A stretch of 30,882 bases of DNA, counting the filler, from an uncultured virus (IMG/VR IMGVR_UViG_2061766007_000739) (taxonomy: Duplodnaviria; Heunggongvirae; Uroviricota; Caudoviricetes). It is 4 parts of one record of this genome, joined end to end, with 100 filler letters (N's around TTAATTAATTAA, not from the genome) between each part and the next. Parts side by side here need not be neighbours in the genome. Positions count along the whole stretch, not along the records: positions 11,080 to 28,540 come from IMGVR_UViG_2061766007_000739; 3 more parts are not named here. One strand, written 5' to 3'. Of this stretch, positions 10,980-19,427 are shown one piece after another; position 1 is the first letter of the stretch; each line of letters opens with the position of its first letter. The notes under the pieces were generated by a model. That model ran no database searches. It saw only the letters and a list, made by a program, of their open reading frames with translations, and had not been told where the DNA came from. The position numbers and the translations under genes were made by a program.

Positions 10980-11079
10980 NNNNNNNNNNNNNNNNNNNNN
11001 NNNNNNNNNNNNNNNNNNNNNNNTTAATTAATTAANNNNNNNNNNNNNNNNNNNNNNNNNNNNNNNNNNNNNNNNNNNN

Positions 11080-11673
11080 GGCTTCGTCCTTACAAAGGAT
11101 ATATTCGCCCTTGTTGTCCTTGAGGAACTGTTTGCCCTTCTCGGAAATGTCCTTGGCGACGCCGTATACGTAATACTTGTCTTGTTTAGAGACGTAGAAT
11201 GTAACAACATTGATAGGATACTTTGCTTCGGTCGGCAGCGAAAAACGTCCAGTAGTGGCGTTTTCAATATCGAGGAAGCCGAGGTTGATATCCTTCATGT
11301 CCGGGTGGATGACACCCGTATCAGCATAATGTTTCTGTAGGAATCGGCCACGAGGGTCAATATCGATTTCGGCAAGGTGGTTGGTCGGGCCAGCATGGTT
11401 CTGCTTGATGACTTTTTCTACTTCATACGCCGATACACCGTTGGCTGGAGGAACTTCCACCTTGAATACTTCACGATCCCAGATGTCCTTCATGCCACAC
11501 GGCTTCGCACCGTATTCGCCTTGCTTGTCGGTATAGAACTCATGCACCGAAGGGACGGCATCCATAGTACCATCCGTATACCAAACGTACATGCGGTCGT
11601 TTTCCGTATCGTGGAATATCGACCGCCACATAGGGCGTTTGGGTTTGTCTTTTTCTGGTGTTATCTGAGCCAT
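11080..11673 (-). CDS. gp43: Family B DNA polymerase (gp43), N-terminal and 3'-5' exonuclease part
   Basis: RFLQKHY and the Exo I motif FLDIENATTGRFSLPTEAKYPINVVT (T4: DIEVTGDKFPDPMKAEYEIDAIT). Confidence 0.88.
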
Positions 11674-11696
11674 AGCGAATTCAGTTTAGCACCCAA

Positions 11697-11727
11697 TATG
11701 TAGCAATTAACAATTTGAATTGCAAAT
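11697..11727 (-). promoter_or_regulatory. Promoter with palindromic operator upstream of DNA polymerase
   Basis: TTGCAA-17 bp-TACATA. ATTTGAATTGCAAAT at 11713-11727. Confidence 0.65.
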
Positions 11728-11733
11728 AACAGA

Positions 11734-11757
11734 AAAACCGCCATTTCTGGCGGTTTT
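11734..11757 (-). terminator. Intrinsic terminator
   Basis: AAAACCGCCA-TTTC-TGGCGGTTTT. Confidence 0.8.
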
Positions 11758-11785
11758 ACAACTATACTAACACTCATTACAAATG

Positions 11786-12679
11786 TTATTCAGCAGTCGG
11801 TTCCTCCGTCGAAGTACCAGAGCATTCAGTTACCGAACCAGCACTCGAACCAAGAATTTGACCAACTTGAGACACAGCTTCTTCGGCAGTGCTAACACCA
11901 TCAAATGCCAGGCCAATTACTCGGCCAATTTGCAGCACTTTTTTGCAGTCAGCGTCGCTTCCAAACAAGCAATCACCACGATATTGTTCAGGAATCTGTC
12001 TAGCATCAAACGTTGCTGGATCTGCCTCATGAATACATAACGTACCATCAATCATCGTAGCCTTAACACTAGCTGGCAAACCATAATTTGACTCTACCGA
12101 GCCTTTATCAAACTGAGCCGGATCAATTGTAGCCCCGTCGACAGCTTCAGTCCTCGGTTTCAGATACGAAGAAATCTTGTCGAACTTCTTCAATACCTTC
12201 TCGGCGTCAGCAGCGGACTTCGAATCAGTAGCTAGAGCCCTGACGCCTTTCTTAAAAAGGTCGATATGCTTCTGGAGCTTGGCGTTTTCCTCGAACTTCT
12301 TGTTCTTGTCGGCACCGCTCTGGTTGCTGGAAGCCGCAGACTTGGCAGCAGAGTCGAACTTACCACCCTTACCAGCTTCAGGAGCCTTTTCGGCCTTGAC
12401 TTCGGTATTGGTCTTAACTTCGGTAGTCTGACCCTTTTCCTTCTTCTCCTTGGCATCGACATTCTCGACCAGCTTTCCGTCGTCCTTTTTCTCGCCAGTC
12501 TTTGCCGGAGCAGCCTTAGCGAGCTTAGGATCGGAAGCAGTCTTAGCCTTGCCGACCTTCTTCTTGTTTTCATCGACGCCGTCGCCAGTGCACCAGCTGC
12601 CAGTGTCGATCTTGTGACCGTTGAAGTCCAGGATGGATTCTACAACGGGAACCGGGTTTTTAACGAGGCTATACGGTTC
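11786..12679 (-). CDS. Hypothetical protein with K/E/A-rich flexible region; start lies in the gap
   Basis: One open frame from EPYSLVKNPVPVVESILDFNG... through ...KKFDKISSYLKPRTEAVDG... to the stop at 11786. ATAAACT motif at 12775-12781 upstream. Confidence 0.7.
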   Translation of the reverse strand, partial: EPYSLVKNPVPVVESILDFNGHKIDTGSWCTGDGVDENKKKVGKAKTASDPKLAKAAPAKTGEKKDDGKLVENVDAKEKKEKGQTTEVKTNTEVKAEKAPEAGKGGKFDSAAKSAASSNQSGADKNKKFEENAKLQKHIDLFKKGVRALATDSKSAADAEKVLKKFDKISSYLKPRTEAVDGATIDPAQFDKGSVESNYGLPASVKATMIDGTLCIHEADPATFDARQIPEQYRGDCLFGSDADCKKVLQIGRVIGLAFDGVSTAEEAVSQVGQILGSSAGSVTECSGTSTEEPTAE

Positions 12680-12774
12680 NNNNNNNNNNNNNNNNNNNNN
12701 NNNNNNNNNNNNNNNNNNNNNNNNNNNNNNNNNNNNNNNNNNNNNNNNNNNNNNNNNNNNNGTTTTTGTCCAAT

Positions 12775-12812
12775 AGTTTATAACGTGGTCAAAAAATATT
12801 TTCCGATAAACT
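12775..12812. promoter_or_regulatory. Divergent pair of putative late promoters (ATAAACT)
   Basis: AGTTTAT 12775-12781 and ATAAACT 12806-12812. Confidence 0.6.
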
Positions 12813-12837
12813 GCACATAGCTATATAGGATATCAAA

Positions 12838-13446
12838 ATGGCACACCACGACGGACAATTCGACAACATGCTCACATCCAGCAAACCAAACATCGAGCCG
12901 AGCAGACAGCCGCCCAACATTCAGCGACTGGTTGCCGTATCTAAGAAGTCGCCTAACGCAGTCAACGTGGAATTCAGCAAAAAATACGATGATGCTCATC
13001 TAAATCTCATGAAGAATCCACCCAATCTTGACGATGACCCAGAAAACTTGACAACCCAGGCAAATATCCAAGCGTTCAACGAATTGTACCATGACTACGA
13101 AACTGGTAACGATCCCAATAGCGAGAACGATGCCGACAGCCTATCGAACCAGTCAGATGACAATATATACGACGAAATCATGGGAGATATTTCCAATGAC
13201 TTTGGACAAGCGCCTGGTGCTGAAGACTTCAGTATGTTCTCTCCAGCCGAGCAAGACGCAACTGACCAGATGTTCAGCGACATTGACGCAATCAATGCCG
13301 AAAACCCATATACAGATGAACCAGACACAGATCCGTTCACAATGGACGACCTAGAAAAGATTGCTGAACCAGACGACAACCAATTGCCATCCGAATCATC
13401 ATCTGAGTCCATTGACGACGCACCAATCCCAGACATACCGGAATAA
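12838..13446 (+). CDS. Hypothetical highly acidic protein
   Basis: 202 aa, AGGA RBS, D/E/N/P-rich, followed by a terminator. Confidence 0.75.
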   Translation: MAHHDGQFDNMLTSSKPNIEPSRQPPNIQRLVAVSKKSPNAVNVEFSKKYDDAHLNLMKNPPNLDDDPENLTTQANIQAFNELYHDYETGNDPNSENDADSLSNQSDDNIYDEIMGDISNDFGQAPGAEDFSMFSPAEQDATDQMFSDIDAINAENPYTDEPDTDPFTMDDLEKIAEPDDNQLPSESSSESIDDAPIPDIPE

Positions 13447-13460
13447 TCTCCACGGAAAAT

Positions 13461-13487
13461 AAAAAAGGCGGTCGGTTGACCGCCTTT
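13461..13487. terminator. Bidirectional terminator between convergent genes
   Basis: AAAAAAGGCGGTC-GGTT-GACCGCCTTT. Confidence 0.8.
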
Positions 13488-13505
13488 CTCTTATCGTAAT
13501 CAATC

Positions 13506-14893
13506 CTAAGCGATATAGGTACATTTCCTCAAGAACATACCGTTACCATAAGTCATCATGGTACGGCCATTTTCAAAGCCATGCTGCAGAACGAGGTCTG
13601 GGCATGCCGAGTTACGAATCATCATCGTAAGCACGTCAAGCGGAATCTCAATCTCGAAGCCCGGATGTTCGACCTGGCAGTCACCGACAGTCAAGTTGAC
13701 ATGGATTCGTTCGTCATCAAGTCCCTCGATTCCGATAAGACCGTTCTCGATACCATAGATGCGCACCTTTCCAGTAGGATTGATGTAGTTCATGTCAAAG
13801 TACATACCGATTGCAGCTGCGATCGATTCAGCCTTGATGTGGAACACTCGTTCCATACCTTCNNNNNNNNNNAATTCCGATAAGACCGTTCTCGATACCA
13901 TAAATACGCACCTTACCAGTCGGATTGATGTAGTTCATGTCGAAGTACATACCGATGGCAGCTGCGATCGATTCAGCCTTGATATGGAACACACGTTCCA
14001 TACCTTCGTTATTGTAAGTCTGCAGAGTCGAGTCACCATAGTCGGCAACCAGTGTAGCGTACATACCGGAAATACGAATCTTCTTGTTGGTCGTATCGAT
14101 ATCGATAATCACGTTAAGCGACAGGTCCATATCAAGCGCATTCACAAGAGGAATGACCTTGAAGATCTTCGACGGAACGCTCACGCTGAAGTCNNNNNNN
14201 NNNNNNNNNNNNNNNNNNNNNNNNNNNNNNNNNNNNNNNNNNNNNNNGCTCGTTACCGGTACGGTATGACACACGGCCATTCTTACGGTGGATTTCGACA
14301 GTGTCGAAATTGTACACGCTGTCAAGAACAGTGTTGAACGAGATCTGATCCATGGCAATACGGATATTGAAGTTGTTATCGTCGACCGTAGCAACTTCGA
14401 ACGGTTCCTTCGGCTCGAAACCGATTTCAAGTTCAAAGCCACCAATCTGGTCATTAAAGAATGCGCCCATGTAGAGCTGTCCTTCGCTTACCCACAGTGC
14501 CACACTGGTCTCACGAGTTCCCATCAACTTATGCACGGCGTTGCACAAGTCATAGATGTTGACGTAAACTGGCTTTTCGAATTCGACTGACAACGGAAGA
14601 GCATCGACCTTGACGCTGATACCGCTATCGGTGTCAATATAAAGCCACAGCTTGTTGTCCTTCTGATCGACCTTGGTACGTAGTCTGGCAACGGTGTTTG
14701 CGTCAAGCAAAGCTTGTTCCACAAGGGACAACGCTTGACCGAAACGGCCCTGCAACACGAACATGGTCACAGGCATATCGGCAGCAGCTTCTTCGGCTGA
14801 TTCGTCCGGCTGGACATCCTTGTACTCGTCAAGCAGAGCATGAAGAGACTGTGCTCGGATTTTCTGATCCTCAGTAATTGTATTATTGTTCAT
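13506..14893 (-). CDS. Putative divergent DnaN (beta sliding clamp)-fold protein, about 400 aa, broken by gaps
   Basis: Three repeats of the clamp strand-helix-strands-helix pattern. DFSVSVPSKIF, GKVRIYGIENGLIGI and FEIEIPLDVLTMMIRNSACPDLVL align by eye with E. coli DnaN HSVIVPRKGV, RGVRLYVSENQLKI and MEIGFNVSYVLDVLNALKCENVRM. Confidence 0.55.
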
Positions 14894-14923
14894 AGTTATT
14901 CCTTTTGCTTTTCAAATTATATT

Positions 14924-14953
14924 AAAAAAGGCCGTTCGTAACGGCCTTCTTTT
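14924..14953 (-). terminator. Intrinsic terminator
   Basis: AAAAAAGGCCGT-TCGTA-ACGGCCTTCTTTT. Confidence 0.75.
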
Positions 14954-14973
14954 AAAAATGTCAATCAGCCAGA

Positions 14974-16804
14974 CTAGAGGTTGGTCATTGCGCCGACCAC
15001 TTCGTCTTGCTTATCAACGGCTTGCTGTGACGGGCCATTATCGGCACCAAGTTCCAAGTCTCCTTCTCCCATGTCATCGCTAGGGATGTCCACATTGGCT
15101 CCACCAACTTGATCCATCATGGCATCGAATGATCCATCATTGTCAAATGACGCACCTTCATCACCACCAAGGGCACCAGACACATCAGCGTCAGCGTTCA
15201 TATCCAGACCGCCAGCACCGCCAAAGTCGCCAAAGCCACCCATATCGTCAGAAGCACCGTTGCCGAAGTTTTCTTCACTAGGCAATTCAAGTCCAGACGT
15301 ACTCATCTTGCCATCAGTATCCGTATTACCGTCGTATGCTTCTGGGAACAATTCATGGAGCTTTTCATTGAATGCGGTCAATGACAAGTCGTCAGTACCC
15401 GGATTGTTCAAATAATCAATCAACTCGGAAATCTTCTTCTGCGGAACTTCCGTACCAGCCAACGAGATATACGGCTCAAGGCTGCACAATCCATTGATAA
15501 CACTGGCTGCATTCTGGTTTTCGACTGGAGCAGTACCATGCAAAATTTCATCCTTGCTCAACTTAACACCAGGTGTGCTTTGATTATTGATTATTTCAGC
15601 CTTCGCTTCGGAGTACAGCTTAGCCAAGTTATCCAAACCGCTAGTCAGACCGTTCACACCAGAGCCATCAGCATTGACCGTAGTAAGTCCTTCGGAGTCC
15701 TTACTCGGACATGCAAGGTCGATAAAACCTTCCTTGAAGTTGACTGGCTGATCCGGAGACGGGCCAGCATTATCACCGCCGTTAACATCGCCAGGATTCA
15801 TAGTATCTGGGCTCGGCATTTCTTCACCGCCGCTGGCAAATGCTTCAGCATTGGGATCTTGTTCGCCATCTTCAAGCAACGCAACCGCATTGCACAGATT
15901 CAGAAGCTGTCCAAGTTCGCTGCTAACCGATTCGTGATAGATTGCACTATCTTCGGCATGCCATGAGTTGCTCAAGTCCTCGGTTCCATTGCCAAGACCG
16001 TTCACATACTGCATGGTGTCCAGGTCATTTCCGACATCGTAAGTATTGTTCGAATCGATCAACTGGTCACAAGTCTTCAAGATTGTATAGCCGAAGTTGT
16101 TGATGAACTGTGGGCTATCCAACTGGACTTCATACAGATTATTCAGACCAGTGTCAGATGTTAGGGAGACCGTAATGTTCTCGTTCTCGTTAGGGTAGAA
16201 CAGTTCGACAAGAATGTCATGGTCACGACGGTTGATGATGAACTTGCAATGGGTTTCCTTCATNNNNNNNNNNAGTGTTATTCGAATCGATCAACTGGTC
16301 GCAAGTCTTCAAGATGGTATAGCCAAAGTTGTTGATGAACTGAGGGCTATCCAGCTGGACTTCATACAGATTATTCAGACCAGTATCAGATGTCAAAGAA
16401 ACCGTAATGTTCTCGTTCTCGTTAGGATAGAACAGTTCGACAAGCATGTCATGGTCACGACGGTTGATGATGAACTTGCAATGGGTTTCCTTCATGTCGA
16501 TACTGGCCAAGTTCATACGCATGCCACGATAGTTCTTATTGGAAACGGCCTCGGTGAACACCTTCTTGTAGAGGTCACGTGTCGTAATAAGGTTCTTGCC
16601 ATAGGTAAGCGGCTTGTTCTGGTCATATGTACGGTGATCCCAGTCAGCGCTGTCCTGAGGCTTGCTGACCGGCTTCGGCGTCTGCTTGGTGAGCATCTTG
16701 ATCACCTTGGTCTTTGACGGTTCGACGGGGCCGCTTTCCGTTGACACGTAAACATAGTCCTTCATTGCTTGAATAAGCTTATTCTTATCGATCTGGATAC
16801 CCAT
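14974..16804 (-). CDS. Hypothetical acidic protein (about 530 aa after removing the duplicated allele), probable virion protein
   Basis: ORFs 16223-16804 and 14974-16263 share an overlapping near-identical segment. AGGA RBS, ATAAACT at 16833-16839, G/D-rich tail. Confidence 0.75.
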
Positions 16805-16848
16805 AGGTCATTCCTAACAATTGCTTGTATGCAGTTTATAACAATGAC

Positions 16849-16881
16849 AAAAAATCCGATAGGCACAGCCTACCGGATTTT
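16849..16881 (-). terminator. Intrinsic terminator after gp45
   Basis: AAAAAATCCGATAGGC-ACA-GCCTACCGGATTTT. Confidence 0.75.
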
Positions 16882-16901
16882 GCACCCATGACAATTTCAC
16901 G

Positions 16902-17844
16902 CTACTGAACCAAGTCGAACTGGGAATTTGCCGCAGCGGAACATTCTGCTGCGCCGAGCCACAGCGTCATCGGTNNNNNNNNNNNNNNNNNNNNNNNNNN
17001 NNNNNNNNNNNNNNNNNNNNNNNNNNNNNNNNNNNNNNNNNNNNNNNNNNNNNNNNNNNNNNNNNNNNNNNNNNNNNNNNNNNNNNNNNNNNNNNNNNNN
17101 NNNNNNNNNNNNNNNNNNNNNNNNNNNNNNNNNNNNNNNNNNNNNNNNNNNNNNNNNNNNNNNNNNNNNNNNNNNNNNNNNNNNNNNNNNNNNNNNNNNN
17201 NNNNNNNNNNNNNNNNNNNNNNNNNNNNNNNNNNNNNNNNNNNNNNNNNNNNNNNNNNNNNNNNNNNNNNNNNNNNNNNNNNNNNNGATACCGCCGTCAT
17301 CGATACGCAGCGTAATAAATTCGCATGTAGGAACGGCACGGAGCTTCTTGGCAAAGTCAGCAACCATTTCGGCAGTGAAGCGCATTTCGCCGACTTTCGT
17401 CATCGGATCGTTGTCCCTAGTGTACGGAATGTGGGAATGTTCTGGCTTGAAGCAGCTCGGATCGGCAGTCGGCGTACGGCAAGTGATGCCGNNNNNNNNN
17501 NNNNNNNNNNNNNNNNNNNNACCAGTAATCGAAGTGTCGATTGACAATTCGGCAATGCCTTGTTCTGGGAACTTGGCCAAGTCAGAATACTTCACGAACT
17601 CGTTAAGCGAGAAGATGTTGATTCGGTTGGTGTCAAAATCCAAGTCTTCCTCGGATGCCGCCAAGTGGGTAAACATTGTCGGTTCCGGAATGTTGATATG
17701 GTTTCCAGGAATCCTACCCTTTACGTCGCCCTTGAACATGATGACGCAACCAGCCTTGGTTATTGAACTTACGCTCTTTAGTAAGGTAAAGAACTGCGGA
17801 CTAAAACGAATTCCGATGGATTTATTTTCTGTTTCTTCAGCCAT
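16902..17844 (-). CDS. gp45: Sliding clamp (gp45-like), partly in gaps
   Basis: IRFSPQFFTLLKSVSSI, INIFSLNEFV and PTADPS match T4 gp45 KLSKDTTALLKNFATI, VAIYDLNGFL and PAADPS. ATG 17844 follows AGGA. The C-terminal frame after the gap is a best guess. Confidence 0.75.
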
Positions 17845-17900
17845 AATAGTTTCCTGCCTCATAAAAAGTATATAAAAGTATAGACGGAAGTGTCTATGAC

Positions 17901-19217
17901 TTAAATATAGCAATTTACGGTTGCATTAGCAACTTGGTTCCATAGACGATTGAAGAAATCGTCTACCATAGCCATCCTACCATCTCTGGTAAGTAGGCTA
18001 TGAGCATCAACCTCGGTAGTTTCACCAGTTCTCGAAAGAGAAGAGGCCAGAGCTACCAAGTCCGCTGGCGTGAATTTCCGACGGGCAATGTCGGTATTAA
18101 AACGGTTATATAGTTCAATGAACAAGGCTTCAGCGAGGATGTTGATCGCGGCATTGGTATCTCGGTCGATAACCAGTCCGCACTCCTCACAGATGAACTC
18201 TCGCTCAGACAAAGAAAGTTCTTCTTTCTCGTGTCCACAGCCGGAACATTTCTTGCTGGAACGGAAGAACCTTCCAACTTTAATAAGCAATGTTCCATAC
18301 TTGGCACTCTTATACTCTAGGAACCTACGGATCATGCCGAATCCGCAGTCCGAAATGGCCGATGCCAACTTGTGGTTGGACATCATCCCTTTTACATTCA
18401 AGTCCTCTATGGCCACTACCATATTATGTTTAATGATTTCTGTAGTAGCCTTGTGTATCAAGTCATTCCGATAGTTCTTGATATAGGTATTCGTCTTATT
18501 AAATGTCTTCTTGATGTCCTTGTAGTGGACAGAATTATACTTTCTCCGAGACATCATTTTCTGATATCGCTTAAGTCTTTTCGCATGCTGGTGGAGAAGC
18601 TTCTCGTTAGCTACTTGTTCACCAGTCGATAGCTGCATCAGTGTCTTGATACCCATATCTATACCGACAAGGCCATTCTCATAGGTGCCATATTCTACAT
18701 GAATATCATCATACGTATATGAAATGGATACATACCAGCAATCATGACTTCCTTTAGATATTACGAAATTATTGATTTTGCCATGCAAGCACTCTTGTTT
18801 AACTGGTTCAGCCAGTCTAACTGGCGTAGGTATCTTTGGTAGCTTGATGTGGGATTCACTAATCAGCTTCGCATTGTCGTTTTCTATATAGAATGAGCGC
18901 TTGGACTTGTATTTCTTTCTCTTAGGAAATCCGAACTGTTTCGGATTCTCATAGTGACGCTTCTTGGCCAGTACGAAGTTCTTGATGGCTTGATCCATCG
19001 ATCCCTTAGGGCTCTCGTACATCCAGTCAGTCTTCTGTTCATTGAATTCCTTCCGAAGTTCGGCGCACGTTACCAATGCTTGACCAGCTTTCTTCTTTGC
19101 AAACCATGTGTCCCTCGCCCAGTTGTACGCATACCGAGCACAACCGCAAGCACGGTTCAACGCGCTTGCAGTCTTCTTGTCTACGATAAGCATTATTTTC
19201 TGGGCGGTCGTAATCAT
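17901..19217 (-). CDS. tnpB: TnpB RNA-guided endonuclease (IS200/IS605/IS607 OrfB), no TnpA visible
   Basis: N-terminal GCARYAYNW, RuvC-I GIDMG, RuvC-II IEDLNV, Zn finger CSGC...CEEC, RuvC-III DRDTNAAINI. The catalytic D-E-D is intact. Confidence 0.95.
   Translation of the reverse strand: MITTAQKIMLIVDKKTASALNRACGCARYAYNWARDTWFAKKKAGQALVTCAELRKEFNEQKTDWMYESPKGSMDQAIKNFVLAKKRHYENPKQFGFPKRKKYKSKRSFYIENDNAKLISESHIKLPKIPTPVRLAEPVKQECLHGKINNFVISKGSHDCWYVSISYTYDDIHVEYGTYENGLVGIDMGIKTLMQLSTGEQVANEKLLHQHAKRLKRYQKMMSRRKYNSVHYKDIKKTFNKTNTYIKNYRNDLIHKATTEIIKHNMVVAIEDLNVKGMMSNHKLASAISDCGFGMIRRFLEYKSAKYGTLLIKVGRFFRSSKKCSGCGHEKEELSLSEREFICEECGLVIDRDTNAAINILAEALFIELYNRFNTDIARRKFTPADLVALASSLSRTGETTEVDAHSLLTRDGRMAMVDDFFNRLWNQVANATVNCYI
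17904..17932 (-). promoter_or_regulatory. Promoter for gp45 inside the 3' end of tnpB
   Basis: TTGCTA-17 bp-TATATT. Confidence 0.55.
17940..18100 (-). ncRNA. Candidate omegaRNA scaffold overlapping the tnpB 3' end
   Basis: Consecutive hairpins CCGAC/GTCGG, CTTGGTAG/CTACCGAG, CATAGCC/GGCTATG and TAGACGATT/AATCGTCTA. Boundaries are uncertain. Confidence 0.5.
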
Positions 19218-19398
19218 ATAATAGGAAATGCCCCGAAGACACTTAGTGTAGGATTTAGCATNNNNNNNNNNTTCTCGAACTGAAGAAATCCTACTAACTC
19301 CAATTCATAATTAAGTTTATATAATTGTCCAATTTATTTCATCTATACATGCCTATAGATTTATATATGAAATTATGCACTAGATACTAGCTACATCA

Positions 19399-19427
19399 AA
19401 TATAGCTTAAAGTGTTTTTGGATTCAA
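19399..19427 (-). promoter_or_regulatory. Promoter upstream of the tnpB element
   Basis: TTGAAT-17 bp-TATATT. An ATAAACT motif also occurs at 19314-19320. Confidence 0.6.

Noticed and set aside
10060..11673. Split DNA polymerase (gp43A/gp43B) or intron/intein
   Set aside because: The break coincides with the artificial linker at 10980-11079; the middle of the gene is simply missing.
17903..19406. AAATATAGC direct repeat flanking tnpB as a target-site duplication
   Set aside because: Both copies are the GCTATATTT -10 region of promoters with correctly spaced -35 boxes, and IS200/IS605/IS607 elements do not make TSDs.
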